Shown piece after piece: positions 18,367 to 29,177 of a stretch of 64,000 nucleotides of DNA (its first letter is position 1; each line of letters opens with the position of its first letter). The position numbers and the translations under genes are program-made. Source of the stretch: an uncultured Gammaproteobacteria bacterium (GTDB lineage Bacteria > Patescibacteriota > Patescibacteriia > Magasanikbacterales > GWA2-37-8); contig CAYOXC010000001.1 in the NCBI GenBank assembly GCA_964407865.1, forward strand, positions 203,978-267,977, given 5' to 3'. Below the pieces are notes generated by a model. The model worked only from the letters and a program-made list of their open reading frames with translations. It was not told the origin of the DNA and made no database searches.

Positions 18367-18391
18367 AAGATTGCAACACTTTAATAATAAC

Positions 18392-18413
18392 TGTTAGCTA
18401 ATGATAGCTAACA
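18392..18413. promoter_or_regulatory. perfect 9-bp inverted repeat with a 4-bp spacer (TGTTAGCTA-atga-TAGCTAACA); candidate operator in a divergent promoter region
   Basis: Read directly from the sequence. It lies about 26 nt upstream of the small acidic ORF and about 110 nt upstream of the rSAM methylthiotransferase gene. Confidence 0.45.
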
Positions 18414-18523
18414 TTGAATAAAAGTATACATGATAACTTAAATTTTGTCAACCTTTATAAATATTAAAAAAAATTTGAATATAACCTTTTCAAAAATATA
18501 TTCAGTTGCTATAATTAATCACT

Positions 18524-19723
18524 ATGAAAATATCTTTCTATACGCTTGGTTGCAAGCTAAATCAGGCTGAAACAAACGAAATAGCAGACATATTACAAAA
18601 GAATGGTCACTCTATAGTCCCTTTTGCCAAGCCAGCAGATGTGTCTATTATTCGCGCCTGCGCTGTTACTCAAAACGCGAGTCAGACAACAAGGGAAATC
18701 ATTCGCCAAACAAAACGCCGTGGTATTTACGTTATTGCAAGTGGCTGTCTCGAAAATCGCGATCTTCCAGAAATAGATTATATAGCGCAAACTACAGGAG
18801 ATATTATTAAAAAAATTTCAACAATAAAACACGAGGAAAGACGAACGCTGCCGTCAAAAAAAGACGATCTAAAAAATAAAACTAGGAAATTTATCAAAAT
18901 CCAAACAGGCTGCAATTTTAATTGCACTTATTGTGTTATACCTCAATATCGCGGTAAATCAAAAAGCAGACCTTTGAAGCAAATAATTAAAAACATAAAC
19001 GATGCATATAAATCAGGCTTTCATGAAATTGTGTTAACAGGGGTAAACATTTGTCAGTATAAGAATAATAATACTAATTTTGCAGGATTAATTAATAAAA
19101 TTCTGAGCGATACAAAAATTGAAAGAATACGCCTTGGCTCACTAGACCCAAGGTTAATTGACCTGGATTTAATAAATAAGTTTAAAAATACTCGCCTAAT
19201 GCCTCACGCCCATCTGTCGCTTCAATCTGGTTCAGATACGGTGTTAAAAAGAATGAACAGGGGCTATACCATAAAAATATATCTATCTATAGTCAAACGG
19301 CTGAAATCAATAAACCCCCTCTTCTCATTTACCACAGATGTAATTGTCGGTTTTCCCGGAGAATCAGACGCTCAATTTTCTGATAGTATAATTTTTTTAA
19401 AAAAAATAGGATTTTCAAAAATTCATGTTTTTCATTATTCCAAACGTCCAAATACAATTGCTGCAAATTATTCTGATCAAATACAAGACAGTATTAAATC
19501 TAAGCGGGTAAAAAAACTTATTCAAGAATCAAAAAAAATTTCTGATAAATATATCAGAAACTTATATGGTAAAACACGCAATATTCTATTCGAACAAAAG
19601 AAAAATGGATATTGGCTAGGTTATTCACCAGAATATATTCTAATTCGTTATAAATCTTCAAAAAATTTAAAAAATAAAATCGTCAGTTTAAAACTGACGA
19701 AATCAATGCTAAGGGTTGACTAA
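18524..19723 (+). CDS. radical-SAM methylthiotransferase (MiaB/MtaB family)
   Basis: MTTase N-terminal domain, a CNFNCTYC radical-SAM motif, and a TRAM-like C-terminus. Confidence 0.75.
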   Translation: MKISFYTLGCKLNQAETNEIADILQKNGHSIVPFAKPADVSIIRACAVTQNASQTTREIIRQTKRRGIYVIASGCLENRDLPEIDYIAQTTGDIIKKISTIKHEERRTLPSKKDDLKNKTRKFIKIQTGCNFNCTYCVIPQYRGKSKSRPLKQIIKNINDAYKSGFHEIVLTGVNICQYKNNNTNFAGLINKILSDTKIERIRLGSLDPRLIDLDLINKFKNTRLMPHAHLSLQSGSDTVLKRMNRGYTIKIYLSIVKRLKSINPLFSFTTDVIVGFPGESDAQFSDSIIFLKKIGFSKIHVFHYSKRPNTIAANYSDQIQDSIKSKRVKKLIQESKKISDKYIRNLYGKTRNILFEQKKNGYWLGYSPEYILIRYKSSKNLKNKIVSLKLTKSMLRVD

Positions 19724-19735
19724 ACAATAAATTAT

Positions 19736-20812
19736 TTATTTTGTCACCAGTTCATCGATTATGTTACATATGGTATCATCGCTTGGAGTTGGTAATAAAT
19801 CATGAAGTGTCTCGCTCATTGTATTTCTTTTATCTGATTTATGAGCTAACTCTTTTATAACCTCTGCGAGCCTAGCTCCGCTGTCATTAATTTCATCAAT
19901 TTTTATGACAGCATTTTTATCTGCAAAAAATGAAACATTGACTTCCTGGTGCGAAGATGAAATGGGAATTAACACAGCTGCTTTTGAAAGAGCCGCCAGC
20001 TCAGTCAGTGTTCCAAATCCACCGCGCGCAACAACGATATCTGCTACTGCATAGGCATCTGCCATTTCCTCTACAAAAAAATCATAAACAAAATAATTGG
20101 GATATACTTTCTGCAGCTCTAAATATTTATTTTTTGAGTGATTCAAACCTACCAAATGTATAACGTGCCACTCTTTGGGTAAAAACGACAACGCTTCATT
20201 TATCATTGAATTGAGTCGCGAAGCGCCTGTTCCTCCGCCAACAACGAATACCACCGGTTCATTGTCTCGAATATTAAACTTTTCGCAAGACAGTATTTTA
20301 TCGCGTCCGTTTAAATTTCGTACTGGATTGCCAATCCACCGCGTCTTTTTGCGATTAAAATATTTTAAACTTATTTCTAGGGCTACTGTCACTAAATTAG
20401 CGCTTTTTGACATTAATTTATTTGCCAAACCTGCTATAGCATCTTGTTGATGCACCCAAGTTGGAATCCTTAATGCTTTCGCTGCTAAATGCAGAGGTAC
20501 ACTAACAAAACCCCCAGCTGTAATAAGCAAATCTGGCTTTTCTTTTTTGAGCAAATATCGGCATTGCCAGTAAGCAGATATAATCCTAAAAATGTCTATA
20601 AAATTTAGAATTGAAAAATAGCGCCTTAATTTTCCAGATGATATAGCAATAAATTTAAATCCTTCTTTTTCAACCAATATTCGTTCAGGTCCATGCTTCG
20701 TACCAACCCAAAGAAACTCGACAAATGGATGTTTGCGTTTATATGTATTTGCTATTGCAATAAGCGGCGTCACTGGTCCCAATGTACCGCCACCGGATAA
20801 AATTATTTTCAT
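19736..20812 (-). CDS. murG: UDP-N-acetylglucosamine--N-acetylmuramyl-(pentapeptide) pyrophosphoryl-undecaprenol N-acetylglucosamine transferase MurG
   Basis: ORF trimmed to the start MKIILSGGGT. MurG N-terminal G-rich motif and C-terminal GT28 domain. Confidence 0.85.
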   Translation of the reverse strand: MKIILSGGGTLGPVTPLIAIANTYKRKHPFVEFLWVGTKHGPERILVEKEGFKFIAISSGKLRRYFSILNFIDIFRIISAYWQCRYLLKKEKPDLLITAGGFVSVPLHLAAKALRIPTWVHQQDAIAGLANKLMSKSANLVTVALEISLKYFNRKKTRWIGNPVRNLNGRDKILSCEKFNIRDNEPVVFVVGGGTGASRLNSMINEALSFLPKEWHVIHLVGLNHSKNKYLELQKVYPNYFVYDFFVEEMADAYAVADIVVARGGFGTLTELAALSKAAVLIPISSSHQEVNVSFFADKNAVIKIDEINDSGARLAEVIKELAHKSDKRNTMSETLHDLLPTPSDDTICNIIDELVTK

Positions 20813-20952
20813 ATTTACCCTGTTAAATAATCCGATTTTGACCAGCAAAATCGGATTAAAAATTCGTCATAAAATAGACTGACTGTATTTCTCTAGTTTA
20901 ATTATGACAATACCAACTTTCAATATCCGCCTCGAAATTTTGTTTAATGGAA

Positions 20953-22272
20953 TTAATAATCTCTTAACTTTTGGACTATACCCATGTCTTTGATTTTTTC
21001 CAATGCTTTAGCTTCAATCTGCCTGATACGTTCGCGCGTTACGCCAAACTCTTGACCCACTTCCTCCAGCGTATGAGTCACACCGTCAGATAAGCCAAAA
21101 CGCATTTCTAAAATCTTCTGTTCACGAGCAGAAAGATCTCTGATCGCTTCCTTTACATAATCACGCAGTATTTCTAATCCAGCAGCCCTATCCGGAGATA
21201 CGTTTTTGATGTCTTCAATAAAATCCTGCAAAGAAGAATCGTCATCGTCGTCGCCAACTGAAACCTCAAGCGACACAGTATCCTGTGATATTTTTATTAT
21301 ATGATTAATTTTATCAACTTCTTCACCCATTTCCGCTGCCAATTCTTCAGGCGTTGGATCGCGACCCAAATCCTGCAACAGACGTCGTTGCACCTGCTGA
21401 AAACGGTTAATCGTTTCAACCATATGTACTGGAATTCGAATGGTGCGCGATTGGTCAGCCAGCGCCCTGGTGATCGCCTGGCGAATCCACCAAGTGGCGT
21501 AAGTTGAAAATTTATAACCCTTTCGATAATCGAATTTTTTAACTGCTCTAAATAAGCCGATATTGCCTTCTTGTATTAAATCAAGTAGTGATAATGTTTT
21601 ACCAACAAATTTTTTAGCAATTGACACAACCAATCTTAGATTAGCTTCAATTAATTTTCTTTCTGCCGCCCGATCATTTCTTTCCTTTCTTTTAGCTAAA
21701 GATACTTCTTCTTCCCCTGTTAACAGTGGAATTTTACCAATCTCCCTCAAGTACATTTGGATTGAATCTGATGATATTTGTCCCAAATCGAACGGCGAAT
21801 CCATATCAGGCTGCTCACCTTGAAACTCTTTAAGAAGCTCTTTGCGCTCATTGTGAGAACCCAAAAAACCACTCTGACTTTCTACCAAAGTAACTCCATT
21901 TTTTTCTAACAAACCTAAAAAACCCTCATATAAATCTAAATACCTTTCTGGACGTTTGAAGACAGATAGCATTTCGATCTCAGTAATAAAACCTCGTCTC
22001 CTTCCCTTCTCAACTAGGCTCCAAATATCCGTGTCGGTCGGCTCAAGAACTTCTTCAATTTTTATAATCGGCTTTTTTATTTTCTTACGCAGTTTAGTTG
22101 CAGTTGCCGTAGTGCGAGTTTTTTTTGCCTTAACCGAGTTATTCTTTGCCAATATTTTCTTTTTTGACTTTGTCCTAACCGGCTTCTTAACTACCTTACC
22201 CTTCTTCACGGCTGCTTTTTTAACTGCTTTCTTCACCGCTACTTTCTTAGTTGTTCGTTTTGCTTTTGGCAT
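20953..22272 (-). CDS. rpoD: RNA polymerase sigma factor RpoD (sigma70)
   Basis: Regions 2-4 ([14 protein letters not shown], ...[24 protein letters not shown]). Lys-rich N-terminal extension. Directly downstream of dnaG. Confidence 0.9.
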   Translation of the reverse strand: MPKAKRTTKKVAVKKAVKKAAVKKGKVVKKPVRTKSKKKILAKNNSVKAKKTRTTATATKLRKKIKKPIIKIEEVLEPTDTDIWSLVEKGRRRGFITEIEMLSVFKRPERYLDLYEGFLGLLEKNGVTLVESQSGFLGSHNERKELLKEFQGEQPDMDSPFDLGQISSDSIQMYLREIGKIPLLTGEEEVSLAKRKERNDRAAERKLIEANLRLVVSIAKKFVGKTLSLLDLIQEGNIGLFRAVKKFDYRKGYKFSTYATWWIRQAITRALADQSRTIRIPVHMVETINRFQQVQRRLLQDLGRDPTPEELAAEMGEEVDKINHIIKISQDTVSLEVSVGDDDDDSSLQDFIEDIKNVSPDRAAGLEILRDYVKEAIRDLSAREQKILEMRFGLSDGVTHTLEEVGQEFGVTRERIRQIEAKALEKIKDMGIVQKLRDY

Positions 22273-22279
22273 AATGGCC

Positions 22280-24061
22280 TTATTTTGTTAACTCCATTAT
22301 TTTTTTTAAAATTTCATTTTCTTTTACTGTATCACCGGCTTCTTGAGCCTTTCCAAGATCAGCTTTTAAAATATTTCTGAGACCTCTTTTCCACCTCTTT
22401 TCTATCTCATTTAGAATGATTTCCGCTTCTCTAAAACGCATATCATAATTCCAATCAGCATAATCTTTCTCCGCCTGCATAAATAGAATTCCAATTAAAT
22501 TTTCGCTTGATGTTCCCTTGATGACATAATCTGAAAAATTAATCGAACCGCTACTATTATATTGCTTTTCAGCAAAATCGTAAAGGGCATTAAAAGGTTC
22601 TTCGCTAAAAAATTCCTGTTTTAAAAACGAATGCATTGAAACAAAAATTCTCGGCTCTTTTACAACTAACGACCAAAATTTGTTTAAGAGCAAATCGATT
22701 TTACTGCTAGAAATCGCGGTTTTTTCAACTTGCTCCACAACCACCTCCTTTTTGATTTGTGGTTTTTGTTTAATTGCTGATTTTTTTACAGACTCCGCCA
22801 GCACAGATGGGTCAACCGTTAATTTTTCTGACAACTTTCTAATCCAAGCGTCTCGCTCAACTGCAAAAGGAATCTTTGCTATCTCATTTAATAAGCTATC
22901 CGCAGCATACTGTTTATTTTTTGGACTATTCAGATCTAGACCTGTCAAAACTTTAGAAAAGTACCAACTCATAATACCTTTAGAATTTTCGACTGCTTCA
23001 AACCAAATTTTAGGATCTATTTTTATACATTCATCAGCGTCTTTTCCTTTTCCTTCTGGAATAATAATCATTCTTACATTTAATCCTGCGATGATGGCAT
23101 TGTCTACTCCGCGCTTTGCGGCATTTTCGCCGGCAACGTCAGCATCAAAAGCTACGGCCAAATTATTTGTGTATCGCTTAATTAATTTTAGCTGCTCATC
23201 TGTTAAAGCAGTCCCTGATGCGGCAATAACATTTTTCATGCCAACTGAATGACAGGCAATCACATCCATCTGACCCTCAACGATAATAGCCAAATCTTTG
23301 CTTTTTATTTCCTGTTTTGCTTTGTTTAATCCATAAAGCAGACGCGATTTGTCAAAAACTGGCGATTGTGGCGTATTAACATACTTTCCGCCAGATCCTT
23401 CTTTTTCATGTAGAAGCCTACCGGTAAAACCGACAACTCCTTCATGAACATCCCAAATCGGAAACATTATTCTGCCACGAAAACGATCATAATGACTGCG
23501 CCGCTCTTCGTTCCTAACTGTCAAACCTGATGCTACAAGATCATCAATACCAAAACCTTTATTGATCATATATTGGGTTAATAAATCCCACTGATCAGGT
23601 ATATAGCCTATCTGCCATTCATTGATATCATTTTCTTTTAATAAACGTTTTTTTTCTAAATAATCTAAGGCTGGTTTTGCTGCCGGCATCTCCATTAAAA
23701 ATCGGTGAAAAAAATTAGCTGCTTTATTGTTTATTTCAAATATCCGATTTTTTTGGCTCTTTAATATTTCATTTTGAAAATTATTTTCTAGTTTAACCCC
23801 TGCTCGATCAGCTAAAATCTTTAAGGATTCAGAAAACTCAAGACCTTCCATCTCCTCTAAAAAACTAAAAATATCACCGCCCTTTCCGCAACCAAAACAA
23901 TGCCAAATCTGCTTTTCCGGATGCACCATAAAGGAGGGTGATTTTTCATGGTGAAACGGACAGTTGGCTTTCCAGTTTGCGCCAGCCTTTTTTAAAGGCA
24001 AGTATTCTTGAATCAACTGGACAATATCTATGCGGTCTTTTATTGCTTGGGTGTCAGCCAT
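22280..24061 (-). CDS. dnaG: DNA primase DnaG
   Basis: Zinc-binding [11 protein letters not shown]...CFGCG motif and a TOPRIM domain (EGQMDV). Confidence 0.9.
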   Translation of the reverse strand: MADTQAIKDRIDIVQLIQEYLPLKKAGANWKANCPFHHEKSPSFMVHPEKQIWHCFGCGKGGDIFSFLEEMEGLEFSESLKILADRAGVKLENNFQNEILKSQKNRIFEINNKAANFFHRFLMEMPAAKPALDYLEKKRLLKENDINEWQIGYIPDQWDLLTQYMINKGFGIDDLVASGLTVRNEERRSHYDRFRGRIMFPIWDVHEGVVGFTGRLLHEKEGSGGKYVNTPQSPVFDKSRLLYGLNKAKQEIKSKDLAIIVEGQMDVIACHSVGMKNVIAASGTALTDEQLKLIKRYTNNLAVAFDADVAGENAAKRGVDNAIIAGLNVRMIIIPEGKGKDADECIKIDPKIWFEAVENSKGIMSWYFSKVLTGLDLNSPKNKQYAADSLLNEIAKIPFAVERDAWIRKLSEKLTVDPSVLAESVKKSAIKQKPQIKKEVVVEQVEKTAISSSKIDLLLNKFWSLVVKEPRIFVSMHSFLKQEFFSEEPFNALYDFAEKQYNSSGSINFSDYVIKGTSSENLIGILFMQAEKDYADWNYDMRFREAEIILNEIEKRWKRGLRNILKADLGKAQEAGDTVKENEILKKIMELTK

Positions 24062-24140
24062 AAGGCAAAAATAACCATTAATTTATATGGCATTCTTTAA
24101 TTGATAATAACAGAGACGTGGTTCTATGGCAAGGCGTTCA

Positions 24141-25412
24141 CTATTCCTTTCTTAGGGCTACAATAGGATCATATCGAGAAGCCTTTCTGGCAGGGTAAAT
24201 ACCAAAAATAAGACCGATAATAGCTGAAAAGCTAATAGACAAAATTATTGATGAAATAGGAATTGAATAAATCCAAGCAATGTTATTTTTTATTGCAGCC
24301 CAATAAATTATGAAAGCAAAAAAGGATCCGAGAATAATTCCAGCAATGCTCCCTGCTATGGTCAACATAATGGCTTCACTTAAAAATTGCCACATTATAT
24401 CTTTTTTTGTGGCACCAACAGCTTTGCGTAAACCAATCTCAAATACTCTTTCAGTAACAGACACATACATAATGTTCATAATTCCAACACCTCCTACCAC
24501 CAAGGAAACACAAACCAAAGCCACTAGTAACAAAATAACTCCATCAATAACAGTTTTAACTATCTCAGCTGCCTCCTCCATTGTATTAACGGCAAAATCA
24601 TCCTTATTAGGGTCGGTAATGTCGTGATTTTCACGAACTATTTCTTGTATATCAAGAACTGTATAAGCACTTTGTGAACGCTCTTTCATTTTAGCTAAAA
24701 TGTTCGTGTAGTAATCAACGCCAAGCAATCTTTTTTGTAAAGTTTTTGCCGGCATATAAACAAATTTGTCCATATCCATAAAAGAACTCCCACCTCGCTT
24801 AGCCGCGACACCAATTACCCTAAATGACCTGTTGCGGATTCTGATTATCTTTCCTTCGGCCACATCGTCACCAAAAAATTTTTTCTTCAGACTATTTCCC
24901 AGCACAACTACCTGTGCTATCGATTCTTCCTCTTCTTCCGTATATACACGACCTGACTCAAGTGAAAATTTCTCAACTTCCGCAAACTGATACCCCTCAC
25001 CGGCAATCATTACTTTTTCTGAAGTACCCGCATAAGACATGATTTCTTGGCCAATTATAAATCCATAAGCAGCGCTTATGTTAGGGTGTTTTAAAATATC
25101 ATCACGGTCTTGTTCTTTTAAACTTGTGATCGACAGACCTTGGGCAATACCCATGGCATTTTCGCTTGATGTCTGTTTGGTGCTCGGCACTTTAACTTCA
25201 ATATTCACAGTATTTGGCCCAAACATCTCCATTTCAGCTAAAATCATAGCATTTAAACCTCTTCCCGCGGCCATAATAGCTATTACTACAGCAATTCCAA
25301 TTCCTATTCCAAGAATAGTTAATAAGGAGCGTAATTTTTTAGCTTTTAAAGCGCTGTATGCTAATTGTATGGGCATTTTAAGCATAAAATTATTCGTAGC
25401 GCAAAGCCTCAA
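24141..25412 (-). CDS. ABC transporter permease (MacB/FtsX-like), paralog 2
   Basis: MacB-type periplasmic domain plus an FtsX C-terminal four-helix domain. The true start is probably the internal MPIQ (about 25376), given the upstream gene ends at 25390. Confidence 0.8.
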   Translation of the reverse strand: MRLCATNNFMLKMPIQLAYSALKAKKLRSLLTILGIGIGIAVVIAIMAAGRGLNAMILAEMEMFGPNTVNIEVKVPSTKQTSSENAMGIAQGLSITSLKEQDRDDILKHPNISAAYGFIIGQEIMSYAGTSEKVMIAGEGYQFAEVEKFSLESGRVYTEEEEESIAQVVVLGNSLKKKFFGDDVAEGKIIRIRNRSFRVIGVAAKRGGSSFMDMDKFVYMPAKTLQKRLLGVDYYTNILAKMKERSQSAYTVLDIQEIVRENHDITDPNKDDFAVNTMEEAAEIVKTVIDGVILLLVALVCVSLVVGGVGIMNIMYVSVTERVFEIGLRKAVGATKKDIMWQFLSEAIMLTIAGSIAGIILGSFFAFIIYWAAIKNNIAWIYSIPISSIILSISFSAIIGLIFGIYPARKASRYDPIVALRKE

Positions 25413-26628
25413 TCGGGTCTAATCTGCTTGCCCGTCTAGCCGGCAATAAACCAAACAAAACGCCTAATCCAATTGAGACAAAACAAGCAAGTAAAATTGA
25501 TTGAACAGTAATAATATAATCCCAATTATAGCCCATGCCTTGAGCTATTCTTGCTACAGAATATGAGATAATAACTCCGAGAATGATCCCAATGATACCG
25601 CCAAGCAGTGTAATCATAACGGTTTCAACTAAAAATTGAGAAATGATATGTGAACTCTTAGCACCAACTGCTTTTCTCAAACCAATTTCTCTAGTTCTTT
25701 CTTCAACTGCCGCAAGCATAATGTTCATAATACCGATTCCGCCTACAAGAAGTGCGATAGCAGCCACAAAGGTTAAAAACATTTTTAGGGCATTGGTGAT
25801 ATTTGTTAATACATCAAGACCTTGTGCCATTGAACGAACAGTAAAATCGTCATCTTCCGGCTTATCAATATTATGCCGTTCTCGTAATTTAACTTTTATA
25901 TATTCAACGGCATCATCAACATTATCAGCGTGATCAACTTTTATCCGAGCCATACTCACATAGTCAATGCCCAATAAAATTTTCTGCGCAGTTGAAACAG
26001 GAATATATATCTGATTATCCTGATTTTCAAAGCCACTAGAACCTCTTTTTTTCATTACCCCAATAATATTAAAATTCGTTTTTTTAATTTTAATTTGTCT
26101 GCCTACCGGATCTTCGTCTCCAAAAAGTTCGCGTGATGCCTGGTCACCCAAAATAGCCACACGAGCGGCACCTCTCTCTTCTTCAGAGCCAAAAAATCTT
26201 CCATTAGCAACCGTGGTATTTTCAACATTAGGCAAATCAGCTGATGTCCCGACGAAAGTAATTTCCGCCTTTCTATCACCAGCTGTAACAGTATCAATGC
26301 CGCGTACATAAACTGCTGCCGATACCAAATGAGGATAACTGCCAGACATTACCGCTCTAATATCATCGTACTTTAAAGTGGTAATAACAATTCCATATAC
26401 TGATGCCGGCGGCCCGTCTTCATCTGCTTTTCCCGGCAATATTCCAACTAGATCTGTTCCCATGCTTTTGACCTGATTTATAATAAGACTCTGGGCGCCG
26501 GCTCCAACAGACATGATCACAATCACCGCCATAATTCCAATAATAATGCCAAGCATGGTCAAAAACGACCGCATTTTATTGCGACCGATCAGGTGCCAGA
26601 CAAAATGTGTTGTTTCAACAATATTCAT
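25390..26628 (-). CDS. ABC transporter permease (MacB/FtsX-like), paralog 1
   Basis: Same architecture as the neighbouring permease, with about 35-40% identity to it. Confidence 0.8.
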   Translation of the reverse strand: MNIVETTHFVWHLIGRNKMRSFLTMLGIIIGIMAVIVIMSVGAGAQSLIINQVKSMGTDLVGILPGKADEDGPPASVYGIVITTLKYDDIRAVMSGSYPHLVSAAVYVRGIDTVTAGDRKAEITFVGTSADLPNVENTTVANGRFFGSEEERGAARVAILGDQASRELFGDEDPVGRQIKIKKTNFNIIGVMKKRGSSGFENQDNQIYIPVSTAQKILLGIDYVSMARIKVDHADNVDDAVEYIKVKLRERHNIDKPEDDDFTVRSMAQGLDVLTNITNALKMFLTFVAAIALLVGGIGIMNIMLAAVEERTREIGLRKAVGAKSSHIISQFLVETVMITLLGGIIGIILGVIISYSVARIAQGMGYNWDYIITVQSILLACFVSIGLGVLFGLLPARRASRLDPIEALRYE

Positions 26629-26639
26629 GCTATCTTTCT

Positions 26640-27365
26640 CTATTTAATAAGCTCAGTTGCCCCATTAGCATCGTGACGATTATTTACCGTTTCGTCACCG
26701 GCGATGACCCCGTCCTTAATTCGTAAAATTCTTTTTGCGTGTTCGGCAGTATATCTTTCATGGGTTACCAATATTATCGTATGCCCTTCTTTATTTAAAT
26801 CTTGAAGTATTTTCATTACTTGCAGTCCAGATTTAGAATCTAAATTACCCGTTGGTTCATCGGCAAAAATTACAGATGGTTCGTTAACCAATGCTCGAGC
26901 TATGGCGACTCTCTGTTTTTCACCGCCTGAAAGCTGGTTTGTCATATACTGCAAACGATGTGATAAACCAACGGCGTTAAGCGAGGCTGTGGCTAAACTC
27001 AATCTTTTTTTCTGAGACATTTTTAAATACACCAAAGGAAGCATTACATTTTCGAGAACTGTAGTCCGAGGCAGAAGGTTAAAAGCTTGAAATACAAAAC
27101 CAACCTGATCACTACGCATTGTCGCTAATTGATCATCGGTTAATGTACTTACATCACGGCCTTCAAATAAATACATACCTTCTGATAAGCGGTCAAGAAA
27201 ACCTAAAATATGCATTAGTGTTGATTTTCCAGAACCTGACGGACCCATTATCGCCAAAAACTCTCCCTTATTTATTTTAAAAGAAAGGTTATGTAAAACA
27301 GGTGTAACCACATCTTCATTGACGTATTTTTTACTCAAATTCTTTACCTCAATAATTGGAACCAT
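26640..27365 (-). CDS. ABC transporter ATP-binding protein (MacB/LolD-type)
   Basis: [35 protein letters not shown]. Confidence 0.9.
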   Translation of the reverse strand: MVPIIEVKNLSKKYVNEDVVTPVLHNLSFKINKGEFLAIMGPSGSGKSTLMHILGFLDRLSEGMYLFEGRDVSTLTDDQLATMRSDQVGFVFQAFNLLPRTTVLENVMLPLVYLKMSQKKRLSLATASLNAVGLSHRLQYMTNQLSGGEKQRVAIARALVNEPSVIFADEPTGNLDSKSGLQVMKILQDLNKEGHTIILVTHERYTAEHAKRILRIKDGVIAGDETVNNRHDANGATELIK

Positions 27366-27366
27366 A

Positions 27367-29163
27367 CTAATTTTGTTCTTTTACACTCAAGATAATTTTA
27401 TCCCCTTCTTCTAGTCCTTCTGTGATTTCAACCTGACCGTCATCTGCTCTAATGCCAAGAGTTATATTTACATCACGAGGATTTCCGTTTTCTAAAACAC
27501 GGACATATTTACCTTCATCACCTGTTCTTACAGCTCTAATCGGGATGTGCAAAACACCCTCTCTTGAAGCGGTAAAGACGGTTACATTAGCAGTCATGCC
27601 CGGTTTAATTTCACGCTCAGCATCATCTAAGGCGACTTTAATTTTATAATAGACCACATCTTGAATTTCGGTAGATGCCGGATCGATAGAAATTACAGTA
27701 CCGTCAAATTTTACATCATCACCATAAGCATCGAGGGTAACTGAAACAATATCTTGCAATTTTAATTTAACGACGTCAGTTTCTGGAACATCAACTTCTA
27801 TCTCAAAATGAGGACTTAAAAGCTCAATGGTATTTTCTGACATTGAAGCAAACTCCCCACGTTTTTTGTAAACCTTGGTTACTACACCGTCAATTGGCGC
27901 TTTAAGAATCGCCTTGTCACGATTTGCTATTGCTTGCGATAGCATTGCCCTAAGCGCTGCCACATCAACTTCTCGAGGCGGATTTAACTTTGAGTTTAGA
28001 CTAGCCACCGCCTGATTATAAGAAGCTTCTCTTATGGCAATGTTGCTCTCAGCGGTTTTTTTAATATTTTCTAAATCCGATTGTGCCTTTTGATATGCTA
28101 TTGAATATGTTGTGTAACTAGTTTTTGCGGTTTCAATATTTTGACGTGCTGAAATTACTGAATTATATTGAGTGTTGGCAGCAGAGCGCGTCGATTCGAT
28201 ATTTGTTTTCTTAGCATCAAGAGTTGATTGAGTAAGTGAACCAGCTGGCACGGTTGCGTTTAAAACATCCCTAACCGAGGCAAGCAGTTCTGAACATTTA
28301 CTCAAGCCCAACTCAGCCTTGTCTAGGGCCAAATCAATAATCGACCGCTCACTCGCTGTGGTTAGGCCAGAAATAGATAATTTTGCCTGATCAACCAACA
28401 ATTTTGTATTATCATATACTATTTTGGCATAAGGCATTTTACTCGCATCAGTAGCTCCTAAATATGATTCGAAATCGTCGTTTGCTACAGTATTGTCAAC
28501 ACCTAAAATATTATCAGCTTGCGTCACACTATTATCCATAGTAGAGACACTTGATTGCAGTGTAACCACGGCACTCTCATAGGCGTTTGATACAATTTCG
28601 CTATTTACCCCTCCCTCAGCCAATTTTAAATTATTATAGGCTGTTTGAACTGCTAGCTCTGCTGTGGCTATAGAATGAATGCCATCTGCCTTAGCTTGTT
28701 CTAACGTTGCTTTAGCCAAATCAACCGCTGACTGATAATAGGCTATATCATCCTTTGTTGCACCAGCCAATCTCTGATTTAAATTCGCACTTGCCTGAGC
28801 TACCGCGGCATCCAAATCAGCTGTATTTAATTTCATTAGAATATCATTTTGTTTAACCTGATCACCCTCCTTAACCCTGACATCGTTAATTTTACCTGAT
28901 AATTCAAATTTTAACTGTAAAGCGTTGGCTGACTGTATTTTACCAGTTGCTTCAACTGTTTGAACCAAATCACCAAGCACAGCATCAACCAATTCATATT
29001 CAATCGGGCGCGTTGCTTTTTTATATTGCCCATAAGCAATCAAGCCAATAAATACGATTATAACGGCGGCTATTATAATCATTTTTTTACTATGCTTATG
29101 CTTAATACCATCAAGCATGCTAATCGCTGGATTACTTTTTTTAATATTTGTATTATCATCCAT
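27367..29163 (-). CDS. HlyD-family periplasmic adaptor (membrane fusion protein) with a long coiled-coil
   Basis: N-terminal TM segment, an extended coiled-coil and a C-terminal beta-barrel domain. Operonic with the ABC ATPase and the two permeases. Confidence 0.8.
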   Translation of the reverse strand: MDDNTNIKKSNPAISMLDGIKHKHSKKMIIIAAVIIVFIGLIAYGQYKKATRPIEYELVDAVLGDLVQTVEATGKIQSANALQLKFELSGKINDVRVKEGDQVKQNDILMKLNTADLDAAVAQASANLNQRLAGATKDDIAYYQSAVDLAKATLEQAKADGIHSIATAELAVQTAYNNLKLAEGGVNSEIVSNAYESAVVTLQSSVSTMDNSVTQADNILGVDNTVANDDFESYLGATDASKMPYAKIVYDNTKLLVDQAKLSISGLTTASERSIIDLALDKAELGLSKCSELLASVRDVLNATVPAGSLTQSTLDAKKTNIESTRSAANTQYNSVISARQNIETAKTSYTTYSIAYQKAQSDLENIKKTAESNIAIREASYNQAVASLNSKLNPPREVDVAALRAMLSQAIANRDKAILKAPIDGVVTKVYKKRGEFASMSENTIELLSPHFEIEVDVPETDVVKLKLQDIVSVTLDAYGDDVKFDGTVISIDPASTEIQDVVYYKIKVALDDAEREIKPGMTANVTVFTASREGVLHIPIRAVRTGDEGKYVRVLENGNPRDVNITLGIRADDGQVEITEGLEEGDKIILSVKEQN

Positions 29164-29177
29164 ATTATATCTAAATA

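Noticed and set aside
22680-23252. 190-aa plus-strand ORF inside dnaG, and similar antisense ORFs inside the Clp-like gene (46341-47397), the GT genes and rpoD
   Set aside because: They are fully embedded antisense to long, well-supported genes, and their low-complexity Ser/Thr/Phe-rich translations are typical of AT-rich antisense frames.
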